From Lama guanicoe (taxonomy: Eukaryota), in the NCBI GenBank assembly GCA_013239625.1, contig MU053994.1, positions 4,135,434-4,199,433 on the forward strand: DNA of 64,000 nucleotides. The letters are read 5' to 3'. Positions 1 to 11,995 of the stretch are shown here, piece by piece (position 1 is the stretch's first letter; every line of letters begins with the position of its first letter). The translations under genes were made by a program, and so were the position numbers. The notes under the pieces were generated by a model. It did not search any database. It saw nothing but the letters and a program-made list of their open reading frames with translations, and had not been told where the DNA came from.

Positions 1-394
1 CAGTTTACACAGGTCAGGGTGAGAGTGCAGGACAGAGTACCAAGGAGAGAGGCTTTAGGTGCAGGTAGGAGGCAGGGCACTCTCTGGTCGGGGCCGTAGG
101 AAGAAAGAGCCTTCATTGAGCTGCCTGTCACCACAACAGCACAAAACGAAACATAACAAAACAAAGCGCAACAGATGAAGCCAAGAGGATCTGAAACGGA
201 CGACACAAATGTCTGGCACATCTGTGTCCCATGATTATTAAGAACTGGGGCAGGTCTAAAATAGTTTTGTTGTTGTTGTGTGTCCTAAATGATGTATGTA
301 ATCGCCAGCGAATCCTACCTGACCTACCGCATTTTTTCACATGAGTATGCTCCTTCAATCAGTCTTGCGGCACTCATCCCTGATGGACACTAGA

Positions 395-760
395 TTTACT
401 TCAAGTGTTTTTATGAACCACTGACTTCTGGGCTTCATCTCCTACCAATTAATACAGAGTAGATTTGCAGATACATACTACTATATATAAAAGAGTTAAA
501 CAGCAAGGCCCTACTTGATAGCACAGGGAACTATGTTCAATACCATGTAATAGCTTATAATGAAAAAGAATATGAAAAGGAATATCTGTATACATATAAC
601 TGAACCACTATGGTGTACGCCAGAAATTAACACAACATTGTGAACTGACCATACTTCAATTAAAAAAAACAAAAACAGAATGCCTGGGATGGGCCTGGGT
701 ATTAGTATTTTTTAAAGCTTCCAGGTAATTCTAATATGTAGACAAGATAGAGAACCATTG
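395..760. mobile_element. MER5-type hAT-Charlie MITE split by the L1 at 461-675
   Basis: Right half ctgggatgggcctgggtattagtatttttt-aaagcttccaggtaattctaat...gagaacca resembles MER5B. Left half near 425-455. Confidence 0.55.
461..675 (+). mobile_element. 5'-truncated L1 3' end (camelid/cetartiodactyl type) inserted into a MER5
   Basis: Motifs tagcacagggaactat...caata, gaaattaacacaacattgt, atacttcaattaaaaa and an A tail. Imperfect TSD aatacagagt (451-460) / aaaacagaat (672-681). Confidence 0.85.
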
Positions 761-1185
761 AGTCACTTCAGTTTCAATGTCCCCTGTGTGTTCCATGCTT
801 GTTGTCAATTCCAGACAGTATTCATGCCCTCACTATGTAATGGAATGATTTCTTCATCTCTAAATTCTATCCATTATTCAAAGTACATTTTAAGTTCTAC
901 CTCATATCTTCTACCTATATATCTTATAGTTCTACCTACATATCTTTCCTTAACCATTTTATCCTTCAAGAGCTTTCCCTTATTTGACTCTGTATTAGCA
1001 AAGCATCTGTATTATTAGCAAAGCATCCCCCACACCTCTGTTAGCATTCAATAGTGAAACCACGTTTAAATTTCTTTTCACATTTAATTGTTTTTCTCTT
1101 TCCTTCTACCCTTGAGTTCCTTGGTTTTCATTTACACATGTTCCTAACAGGAAAGGGGTCTTTCCCTGAAAATTCTGTTTCTCAG

Positions 1186-3720
1186 CATGGAAAACAGATT
1201 TTAAGATGACTCCAATAATCTGCATCTCCTCATGTTGATGTCTTTGTATAACCATCTCTCTTGGAATGTTTGAAACCTGGTGACTTGCTTCTCACCAATA
1301 AAATATGGCAAAAGTGATGGATATCATCCCCATGATCATGTTACTGCATATACGACTCTATCTTGCTAGCCCTCTCTCTCTCTCTGTCTCCCCCTCTCCT
1401 GCCACCCCTTGCTCTACCCCACCCCCTACAGTTCATTGCTAGCTTTGAAGAAGCAAAGTTTCCATTAATCTTACAGCTGTAAGGAAATGAATCTTTCCAA
1501 CAATCTGAGGGGGCTAGGAAGTAAATCATTCCCCATTCAATCCTCTGAGTCCTGGTTGATACTTTGAATTCAGCCTTGGCAGACCCTAAACAGAGGACCA
1601 CATTAAGCAATACTATAATTTCTGACCTACAGAAATGAAGATAACAAATGTGTGTTGTTTTAAAATGCTAATTTCACTGTAATTACTTATACAGCGATAG
1701 GCGAGTAATACTTATTTTGGTACAAGAACTGGGAGGCTGCTGTAACAAATACCTAAAAATGTGGGCAGGGCTTTGGAATGTAGCAGTAAGTAGACTCTGG
1801 AAGAGTTTGGAGGAACGTAATAGAGAAAGCCTAAACTGCATTGAGCAGACAGTTAGTAGAAACCTGAAGTTGGTGATGCTCCTGGTTAGGCCTCAGAAGA
1901 AGTGAGGAATATGTTATTGGAAACTGAAGGAAGGAGAATCCTTGCTATGCAGGGGCAGAGGGCTCAGAGAAAATGATCTCCTGCTGTTATGTGGAAAGCC
2001 GAACTTTTTTTTTAACATTTTTTATTGACATTTATTATTATTTTTTTCACTTTTTTTTAAACATTTTTTATTGACATTTATTATTATTTTTGGAAAGCCG
2101 AACTTTTAACTGATGAGCTTGGTTATCTAGCTAAGGCGATTTACAAGTGGAGTGTTGAACGTGTTGTCTGGCTTCTTTCTGTTGTTTGTAGTAAAATGTG
2201 AGAGCAGAACATAAATTGAAGGAAGAACAAAAGAAAAATGAAGACTTCGTAATTTTGAAAATCCACCATCTTTTCGGATGGTAAAAGATGTTAAAATTAA
2301 GACAGCTTGGTCTAGAGAACAAGTTGAAGGCTGTAACCCTACAACCTTTTGCTAAAACACCAGAAAGGTCAAAAAGTCAGAGTATTCAGTCACCCAGAGG
2401 ACCTTTTCAAGAGATTAGTGTGTCTCAGAGATCCTCTCAGTCAAACCATAGGCCTTTGGGGAAGCTTCTAAGCCCTCTCTGCAAATGGTTCAGCTAGAGA
2501 AGGGATTATTTTGGGAAAAAAAAAAAATCTGTGTGTGTAGCTTTTGTCTAATAGAGTGAACCCCATTGAAATCTACAGAACCCCCAAAGTTTCTGAGAAA
2601 ATTACTTTATAATAAACACTGCCAGTTTGAATGCAAGCGGACAAAGAGAGTACAAAGTGAAGGGAGGCTGCTGTTGAATCCTCAGAATTACACTGGTAGG
2701 AAGCAGGCTGATAAAACTAATCAGTGGCAGACACGTGCTACCTTTCATGACAACGGAAGAGTGATTATCACAGAACCTAGAGTCCAGAGGGTGGGGCTGA
2801 GCGCCATGAAGAATGATTCCCGGACTGTGAAATCTAATCAAGTAACTCCCATTGATTGCCTGGCTAGATTTCAGAACTGCTGTGGATCATTGACACCTTT
2901 TTACTTGCCATTTACCTCCTTTTTGAACTGGCATGTCTATAGCTGTTAGGCTGTGCTTGTCTCACCATTGAATGCTGGATGTGTTGACAGCACATCACGG
3001 ATCTCTTTAATTTTACATGTCCACAGATGGAAAGCAATTGTGGCCCAGGAGCTGTATTTAAGAGATTAGACCTGGGAGCTTCCTTCACACCTGGACTTGA
3101 TTTAAATTATGAGATGCTGAACTTTGAGCTGATGCTATAATGGGATGAACCTTTAGGGACCTGTGAACATGTATAAATGTATTTTCCATGTAAGAGAGAC
3201 ATGGGTAATCATTAGGGGACCAGAGGGCAGATTACAGAAGACTTCAAGATGGCTCTTATGATCCCCACATCCTTATGTTCACAACCTTTTATAACTCCTT
3301 ACCCTCCTCTTGAGTGTGGGTGAAACCTGTGACTTACTTCTACCCAGTAGACTATGGCAAGGTGACGAATTGTCACCCTCGTGATTGCCTTGTGTTATGT
3401 AAGACTCCGTTCAGCTAGCAGTCTCTCTCTCCATTGCTGGCTTTAAAGAAGCAAGTTTCTGCGAATCCTTCAGCCACAAGGAAATGAGTTCTGCCAACAA
3501 ACTGAAGAAGCTTGGAAGCAGATCCTTTTCCATTCAAGTGTCTGATAGCAACCCAATCCTGGCCAACACCTTCATCACAACTTTGTGAGACAATAAGCAG
3601 AGGACCCAGTTAGGTCGTGCCCGGACTTGTGACCCACAGAACTGTAAGATAATGAAAGTGTGTTGTTGTAAGCTACTAAATTTGTGGTGATTTGCTATGC
3701 AGAAATAGAAGATGAATACA
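1186..3720 (+). mobile_element. Full-length ERVL-MaLR (MLT1G/H-like): 5' LTR 1186-1712, internal ~1713-3230, 3' LTR ~3231-3720
   Basis: Two diverged direct repeats share aaacct(g)gtgacttRcttct, tatggcaa, gctttRaagaagcaa and tgtgttgtt...aatac. Internal region starts ttttggtac...tgtaacaaatacctaaaaatgtgg. PPT-like ggggaccagagggcag precedes the 3' LTR. Flanks CTCAG (1181-1185) / GTCAG (3721-3725) fit a 5-bp TSD. Confidence 0.85.
2009..2090 (-). mobile_element. Very short A-rich retrotransposon tail insertion, doubled, with perfect 17-bp TSD
   Basis: TGGAAAGCCGAACTTTT at 1992-2008 and 2091-2107. The 31-bp unit aacattttttattgacatttattattatttt occurs at 2014-2044 and 2060-2090. Confidence 0.8.
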
Positions 3721-3893
3721 GTCAGATTTTCCATAGCTATATTTTAGTCACCATTCCTATTCAGGTAAACCACGGGGAAAGTATGAGATCATATTTGCTT
3801 TCCCTTTTTAAACTTTTATTTTAGTTTCTTTATTATCCACATTCTGCACATTTGGACATTGGGAGCCAAGGCTGAATTTCCTGACTCTTAGAG

Positions 3894-4078
3894 CAATGGT
3901 TCTCACATTTTAGCATGCCTCAGAATCACCTGGAGGGCTTTTTAAAACCCAGAATGTTGGGTCCCAACCCTAGTTTCCTATTCAGTAGGTATTGAGTGCG
4001 ACTCAAGAATCTACCTGTCTAATAAGTTCCCAGTGATGCTGATGCTGCTAGTTTCGAGCCAATAGTTGAGAACAACTG
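3894..4078. mobile_element. MER5A hAT-Charlie MITE
   Basis: Terminal inverted repeats caatggttctca / tgagaacaactg. Internal tcagaatcacctggagggctt and gatgctgatgctgct. Confidence 0.85.
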
Positions 4079-4655
4079 TCTTTACTATAGTTCTTCTTTC
4101 TGTGGCCTCCATGATATACATTTTCTGCAGTTTGCTCTGACCCCTTTTCTCATGATGATTGATATTATAAGCTGCTGGAATTTCCAGGTTCTGGCTGGCA
4201 GTTGTTATGGCAACACACATAGGGTTGCCCTGTGCTTGAGGCCTTGAGTGAGGACGGCACCAGATGAATCACTGGCATAAGTGACTTGTAAGTGGCATGG
4301 GCATTTCTCCCGAGTTGTCCATTTCCTTCTGTGACCTTATTCCTGATCCTTTCCTATTTTGGTAATGTATTTCTGGAGTCTCACCCAAGATTCTTCTCTA
4401 TGATAAAACCAAAACCTTAGATTTATGTTGTTCTATCACAAAACTAGATTTTATTAACATAACTTTTTGAAGCATGCTGAATAAGCCTTATTATTCCCAT
4501 TAACAAGAAATGAATGTAAGGCTCAAACACTCAGAGATAACTAAGATCCAGTGTGACACAAGGTAGAAAGTGGCAGAGGCAAGTCCGGAACCCAGAGCAT
4601 TAGTTCTGGATTGCCCAGGGCTCTGGCAGACGGCACAGTAAAAAGGATAACTGAA

Positions 4656-4743
4656 GGCGTGGGTATAGCTCAGTGATAGAGCACATACTTAGCATGCATG
4701 AGGTCCCGGGTTTAATCCCTAGTACCTCCACTTAAAAAAAAAG
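4656..4743 (+). mobile_element. tRNA-derived SINE (vic-1-like, camelid)
   Basis: A box tagctcagtgatagag, B-box region, agtacctcca and A tail. TSD AGGATAACTGAA at 4644-4655 and 4744-4755. Confidence 0.9.
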
Positions 4744-5098
4744 AGGATAACTGAAGAGAGATTAATAAAGAGAACTAACAAACACTAGTAAAGTGCCCCA
4801 GGGCAGGAAGCTAGCCTGGATGGTTAAGGGGAGATAGTGGTTAATGTCACCTGGAAAGAGAGATGTAGCTACAGCTGTAGCTATAGAAGTACATCCACCG
4901 GGAGCTGTGACCTTCAGTGGAAGAATGCAGCCACTGTCAGCCCACCGACCAGCAGCAAGGGGGCTGGGCTATAAATAACCCAACTTCTCTCCCCAGAATA
5001 TGACGCAGGCTTAAGATGAGGCAGAGGCATTTCGTCATTGCTGTCTGATTAGGAGGTCACTGCAGATTTTTGAACAGAGAGTGACACATGGGTTATTA

Positions 5099-5317
5099 TT
5101 ATATAAAAAATAGAGATAAACAACCAGGTCCTACTGTAGAGCACAGGGAGCTATATTCAATGTCTTGTAATGGCCTATAATGAAGAAGAATAGGAAAAGA
5201 AATATATATATACATATGAATCACTATGCTGTACACCAGAAATTAAAACAACATTATAAACTGACTATACTTCAATTAAATATATATATAAATTTTTTTA
5301 GTTAAAAAGAAAGAAAG
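5099..5317 (+). mobile_element. 5'-truncated L1 3' end
   Basis: Same 3' UTR as 461-675 (agcacagggagctatattcaa, ctgtacaccagaaatt, actatacttcaattaaa). TSD TGGGTTATTA at 5089-5098 and 5318-5327. Sits in a probable L2 remnant. Confidence 0.88.
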
Positions 5318-5604
5318 TGGGTTATTAGGAGAATTTGCCTGGCAGCATGATCCAGGGCAAATAGGAGGGAAGAGAAGTTGGAAGCACAGAGATCAGTTAA
5401 AAGGATGCTATACAACTTAGAACATCTTCCCTTTCTGTGACTATAGTGGTCCTGAGCAGAGTGGACAAGGAAAGACATGTAAGAACTATGGAGGATTGTC
5501 ACTTGACCATCCCTAGGACATGTTTGTTTAAGAGAATTATCCTACTATACCTGATTATTTGATATTGAGCTTGAAGTCCTTTTCAGGTTTTAAGCCAGGC
5601 ATGA

Positions 5605-6076
5605 CTGTCCTTTGGGTCTTGGTTTGGGTTCCTGAAAAGCAGACACAGAGAGAGAAGGATTTGAGTGTAAGTAGTTTATTACGGAGGTCCAGAAAATACC
5701 AGCAGGGAAATAGTGAAGTGAGGGAAGGAAACCAAGAAAGGAGGTATTATCAATCCAACTATCACATTGAATGACAGGCGCTAATTCCATGGGTAAATCC
5801 TGGGAACTAGTATAATACACACATCTCAGAAACAGCCTACTTGAGAGGCAAAGGATTTGAAATATTTGTATACCAACTCCCGAGCATCATTGGTTGAGAG
5901 TTGCTCTTGGGGAGCGTTAATTCCTGACGCTTCCAGCCTGGCACATCCACAGGCAGAGTGGCCATCTGTGGTTCTGGAAATGGCCTCCTGACCCAGAGAT
6001 GCAGAGGCTGACAGTCGGAAGTCATTTTGAGTGCAATGAACTGGATATGGGCGGGGTCTCGGCAGCACCTGCTACA
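5605..6076. mobile_element. ERVL solo LTR (LTR33-like)
   Basis: gggttcctgaaaagcagac...aaggatttgagtgtaagtagtttatt...gaagtgag; ends gcagcacctgctaca. Confidence 0.65.
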
Positions 6077-8068
6077 TTGTCATTTGCAGGATAAAACTCA
6101 TCAGCTCTATGGTCTCTACCCACTTAAGACAGTGCCCAAAACTGCCATGTCCAAATGGAATTCTACTTGATCATGCACAAAATCAAGCCAACATGGTTGT
6201 TTTGAAGGTTGCAGCATTGTTGGGCAAATACCATATTGGGCAGTGGAATTTGTAGTTAAACACGGGGGTAAACTTTGATATGTTTTGAAGGTTCCAGGAG
6301 CAGAGGAAGACTTAATACCAAATGGGTGGGGGAATCAATGCAGCTAACATATCAGTCAGTAGTTAACAAATGATTTGTACCCAGGATTCTAAGGTGTCAA
6401 TTCAAAGGCAAAAGAGGAGCACAATCCTTAAGGAAAGTGGCCAAAAAGAATTCATTCTGCTTTGCATAGAATGTCTGTATATTGCTCTGATCAGGCTGCA
6501 AAAGATCCCTAACAGCTCTGACTCCACTTAAAAACAAAAGCTTCAAAGTGGTGTCATCTTCCATCTAGTTTCCGAACAGCCAATCATCTCATGACTTACA
6601 GCTCACTGAGTCTGTATCTCCCGATTCAGCCAGGACATCTGCCCTGCTCTACATCAGAGCACTCAGCATGATCTTGAATCCACACAGACACAAGTTTTTT
6701 TAAAAATGAGGCAGAGGGAAGCATTTTCTGCCCCACACTGTGTTGAATTATTTACTCCCAGCCTGGGATTCAGAGAGCTAGCTCTTTCTCAGCCTCAAAT
6801 TTTTCTGCAATACACAGAAAGAAAATAAGTAAATAAGGAGAGGGAGGAAATAAATTCCTTGGAGATCTACTGGCATATGCCGTATCTTTGGAAATGGAGC
6901 CTGATGTTGAAATAATTGTGTCATTTTACAGTGTAATACTGATATGCTCACAAGTATGGCTAAGTGCTGGAGCAAAGCACAGTTTTGCAGCAATAAATGC
7001 GTGGCCATTTGTTTAAGCAGAAGAAATGAAGCTAAAATTTGCATAGATTTATTTAATTAAACATCCCCAAATTTAGCAAACGGACTCCAAAATAAAGCCT
7101 TCAAGCATTATGTGCAAAATAATAATGAGTACAGGTAATAAAAATGAGGGTGTCTCCATTTCCTCTGAGTTCAGGATGAGGAAAAAGGCTACAATATAGG
7201 TTGGGAGGTATTTATCTGGCCATAAAAGAGAGATGTCTGCCTCCGTTCCGGATATGTGTCCTGGAGGCGGGTCACGAACGTGCCCAGTGTGTTCTAAAGG
7301 GGCTGTAATCATGTAATCACATAAACATAAGGTAACTTAGTTTTGATCTCCTATTACTCCTGTACATTTACTCGGAAGGATAATTCCTTCCCAGCCCCTA
7401 GACAAAAGCCCCATTTCTTTTCTGGAGTACTTAGGTAATACCATAAAGAAAGAAAGAAAAATAGGGTCACTTTAAGTCCAAAACACAGTCTCTTTTTCGA
7501 AATTATTAGTAACTATAATTTCCAGGTCCCTGTAATGATCACAGCTGTAAACATGACTTGATTCTGAGAGCAAGCCTGGAGCTGGAATGGGGTGCAGAGA
7601 GAGGTGGTCAGCGTTTTATCTGGAAAAGGAAAAACCAGCGCTGCTTTTTTCTTACCCCAGCAGCTCACCTGGTTCCTCACCCCTCCTGCATTGGTGTGTG
7701 GGGAAGGAGGAGAAATACATGGAGAAAGACAGCCCTTGAGTAACTGGAACGCTTCTGAATCCTTTCTGCAGTGAGCCTGCTTGGCATGAAATGCTGGCTG
7801 ACTCTTCTTGGATGCTGTTATGAGGTTTTTGGAGATCCCTCCCCCGACCAAATGCTGGGAATCTCTCACCAGCAATTCTCTTACCCCAGGTGATGGACTT
7901 TCTCCTGTCTCGTCTCTTTGCTGTTTTCTCAGTTGCTGGCTGCTCCATTGGGTTCATTCTTAGCTTTATTCTCTGGAGAGCCTTTCACTCTTCCAAGCAG
8001 ACCCTCCTGAATAGTTCCTAAATTGATCCTAGGCTGCTTGTTCGTTCTGTCTCTGTCTCTTTCTCTCT

Positions 8069-8100
8069 TGTGCGCACGCGCGCGCGCGCGCGCGCACACG

Positions 8101-8166
<66 letters not shown>
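8069..8166. repeat. Compound (CG)9/(CA)n microsatellite, 98 bp of unbroken pyrimidine-purine alternation
   Basis: Read directly. (CG)9 at 8077-8094 is followed by (CA)n to 8166. Confidence 0.97.
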
Positions 8167-8169
<3 letters not shown>

Positions 8170-9479
8170 TCAAACCCATTTCACAGGAAACACTTATGCC
8201 AACTCTAACCCTCAAGCCTTTTTCTCCATACTGTGAGTGAGAGTCACTCAAAAAATTGGTTTGGGGCCATTTCTTTCTACGGTTCCTGTAAGAAAGCCTA
8301 TCTCACAAGTCCTTTTGGTATCTGGTATCTATTAGTGTCTCGGCAGAAATTTCGATTTTTAACATTCAATTACAAAATAAACAGTGTGAAGAGGCTATTT
8401 TTTCCCTCAGCCAACACTTGGAAGTACCCACAGACTTAGCAATAAGGAACCCTTCTCTGGTATTTTTGGATTTGCAGAAAGCTTCAGAATCTTTTACTGA
8501 AGGCTAGTGTGTCAACAGCATTTATTGGGAAACCACCGTATGCCCTCAAGATAGCTATGATGTGTAAAATGCCATTTCTATTTTTTGCCCCGAGAAAAGA
8601 ACTAGAGATACAGAAAGATGAAGCGGCTCGCCTAGCGACATTAATGAGTTGTTAGAACTGGAGAAAAAACTCTATTATTGGGTGATCAGCCAACTGACTA
8701 AGCCTATTAACAAACATGTGAGAATTCAATCTAGTAATTTCTTTCTGTCCCACAAGCCCATAGACTGAGGTTGGCCAGAAAGATAGGACTGTCCATGCTC
8801 CAGGATCAGAAGAGTCAAGGAAAGTCTGGAAATTTCATTCTTGGAGCAGAAAGTAAAATCCTTCAGGAGTCAGAAGAGGACCAAAGGTGGAGGGCAAGAG
8901 ATCTTTGGCTTAAATCATATCAGCAGACAGGATTTCAGAAGAATGAATGCACCAGGGACAAGAACTTGAAGTTACAGCAAAGTTCCTTGATCTTGAAGGA
9001 TTCTTTCACACTCCATGCTTAAACGTGAAATGCCCTCATGAAGAGGCGATCCACCTTGGAGATGACCACAACTCACTCCTCTCAGCAGACCTCAGATGCC
9101 TACTGGAGCCCACCTGCCTAGCTTTCTGCTTCTCCACTCTCCATCACCAGGAGTCAAGGGATTTCCCATGAGTTCAATGTGAGATAACCCCTCCTTTAGG
9201 CCCCAGTTACATCAGAAAGAGGAAGCCCCCATGCTAGGAGCAAGGTTTCATCAACACAGGCTTCATCCGCCACCAGTAGGATTCAAGCGATAGCTTCCAA
9301 ATTCCATATATTCCCATCACCCATCTCAAAGGCCCGACCTTACCAGAACTATCTGCTTTGGAGCATCAAGTTTTAGATTCCTGTTTATGTCAGTCCCCAG
9401 AAGAAAACAAGGGCTCCAGGCCTTCCACCACCCCCTGGCTCTAATCTCATCTCCCTATAGCTCTAAACATTGCCTTTTC

Positions 9480-11240
9480 CATCACCATTTCCCCTCCTTC
9501 TTCCTCATCTCCAGAAAGAACTGGAACTTTCTGTCAAGCATCTATCAAACATTACCCAAATTACCCCTACTCCCTCAGACTTTCTTGGCTGTTCCTTTCA
9601 TTTTCTTGCTCTAACTGAAACTCACCTCTCCTCAGGGCTCCTGCTTCCCTTGCACCCTCCTCAAGTGGTTGCTGTTTTCTCTCCCAGATCACTTATATCC
9701 CTGAGTCTAGATGTGAGGTAGTGTTGTCCTTCCTCTGCAATTCTCTCCTACAGATCATTCTTCCTTACTCCTCCCTAAAACTCCGTAGCTTAGATGACCT
9801 CCATCTTGCTGACTCTAATGGTCCATTCTGAGTGTGCATTTTACTTGCTAGATCAGCATTTGACCCAGTTGATCACTCTCTTCCTGTTGAGATACCTTCT
9901 TCACTTGGTTTCCAGGATGCCACACTCTCCTGCTTGCTTCCTCCCTTATTAGTTGCTTCTTTCCCATCCGGTTGCTGCTGCCTCCTCATCCCACTGACCA
10001 CTAAATGAAGCCATGGGGCCCAATCACTGAACTTCTTTCTGGATAAACTCACTGCCTTGATGGTCTCATTCAATCCCTTAGTTTTCTATACTCTTTATAT
10101 GGTGATGAATCCCTCCATTACAGCTCCATCTCAGACCATCTCTTGAACTTCAGATGTATATATCTGGGGGCCTGCCTGACATCTCCATCTAGATGTTAGT
10201 AGGCATTTCTCATGCAAATTAGCTGAGCTTCTGATCCTTTTCTCCAAGCCTCTTCCCCCTGAAGTCCCTCCCACCACCAAACTCAGTTTATGACAATTTC
10301 AATCTTCCAGTCATTTAGCCCAGAAACCTTGAAGACATCCTAGACTCCTCTCTTTTTCACAGTGCCCCTCAAGTTTGTCAGAAAATCCTGATGGACCTCC
10401 TTTCAAAATTTATCTGTAATCTGACCAGTTCTTACTATGACTCTGGCCCAAGCAACCATTATCTCTCACTTGGATGGCTTCAATACTCTTGTTTCCTTCA
10501 TTTCTTCTAAGCACAGCAACTAAAGTAATCCTGTCAATCGTAGGCAGAACATATCATTTCTTTGCTTATAATTCTACAATGACTTCCTAGCTTACATGGT
10601 GTAAAAGTCAAAGTCTTTACAATAATCTGCCAGGCCTTCCAAGATCTAGTCAGTCACCAAACCTCTAACCTCATCTCCTACCACTCAAGACCCCACCACT
10701 TTCTTGCCATTTTCTGACCATTCCAGGCACACATCTGCCTTAGGACCTTTGTATCTGCTCTTTTCTCTGCATAGAAGATCCCTTCTTGAAATATTCATAT
10801 TGGGGGAAGGGTATATAGCTCAGTGGTAGAGTGAGTACTTAGCATGCAGGAGGTCCTGGGTTCAATCCCCACTACCTCCATTAAACAAACAAACAAACAA
10901 ACAAACCTAATTACCTCCCCTCCCACCAAAAGTAAATCTTAAAAAAATTTCATATGGCATTCTCCCTCACCTCCTTCAGGTCTATCTAAAATACAATCAT
11001 CACTGTATCTTTGACCCTCTCTATCTTCATTCCCTGCTTTATTTTCCACCTCAGTGCTTACTGCTATCTATAATACTAGTTATTTTAGTTATTGATCTTA
11101 TTAATAGTTTGCCTCTTCCACTAAAATATAGCTTGCATTTGGGTAGAGATTTTGGCCTATTTTATCCACTGTTGTGTACCTAGGACTTAGAAGTATGCTG
11201 GTATGTCGCAGGTGCTCAAGAAATATTTGTGGAGATAATT
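9480..11240 (+). mobile_element. L2 LINE remnant (endonuclease and RT fragments plus 3' end)
   Basis: FLALTETHL near 9602-9630 resembles the L2 endonuclease motif. cagcatttgacccagttgatcactc near 9855-9880 resembles the RT motif. 3' end gtgctcaagaaatatttgt. Confidence 0.8.
10802..10947 (+). mobile_element. tRNA-derived SINE (vic-1-like, long form) inside the L2
   Basis: tagctcagtggtagag ... gaggtcctgggttcaatcccc, (aaac)n, aacctaattacctcccc, A tail. Imperfect TSD around ttcatat. Confidence 0.9.
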
Positions 11241-11789
11241 GCCTTACAGCATATCAACATATCATTGTAGGTGTTAGAAAGGGTTTATTGAATATTGTGT
11301 GACTTGTTTTCATTGACCAGCAATCCAATACAGGAACCCTTCTGCCCCAGAATCTTAGTTAGCACCGTCACCAGTGACCCACGTTTAGAACTTACATCCT
11401 TCCTCAAATGCAACTTTCATTAGCGTTACCTGGGTTGTGTCACCATCTTGCTCAACCATCAGCTAGCATTCTACCCACACTTACCATGTGGTTTGAGTTA
11501 CAGTTAGACTTTATGGTATAGCATTTCTTTCTTTAGTGTTTATATTTAGGGTCTGGGATAGCAACAGGAGCCTCTACAATGGTCCTGGAAGAACAAGGCT
11601 GAGATCACACCAACAGTCCTCAGGGATCAGACCATTCCTAAATGACCCTAAGTCAGTCTAATTGTGAACTGGCCCCCATGATTTGGAGAGCTGCCGGGAG
11701 ACTAAATCATGTCCAGACCTCTAGAGCCTTAGGATTCCTTTGGGTCCCCAGAACCTCTTAGGAACAGATTATAATAGCTTTAATATCAT

Positions 11790-11995
11790 TAACCTTTATT
11801 GAGTTCTTACCATGTACCAGGCATAGTTCTGGTTCTATGCACTTTATATGATTAACTCATTGAAATCTCTCAACAACCTAACGAGGTTGGTATTATTATG
11901 TTCATTTTAGATGTGAGAAAACTGAAGCTCAGAGAAATTAAATGGCCCCCGAAGTCACATAGGCTGAAAGTAGCAGAGATTGGATTCAAACTCAA
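11790..11995 (-). mobile_element. MIR SINE
   Basis: caacaaccta...gaggttggtattattatgttcattttagatgtgagaaaactgaagctcagaga core. Confidence 0.8.

Noticed and set aside
890..1027. Short tandem duplications (ttctacct..atatct x3; tattagcaaagcatc x2)
   Set aside because: Ordinary slippage duplications with no unique spacers, so not CRISPR-like.
2566..2949. 127-aa ORF
   Set aside because: Lies in the degenerate MaLR internal region, starts at TTG and has no recognisable domain.
6170..6540. Possible ancient CR1-like fragment
   Set aside because: Resemblance too weak to call without a profile search.
7929..8251. CVCV / HTHT-rich ORFs
   Set aside because: Translations of the microsatellite.
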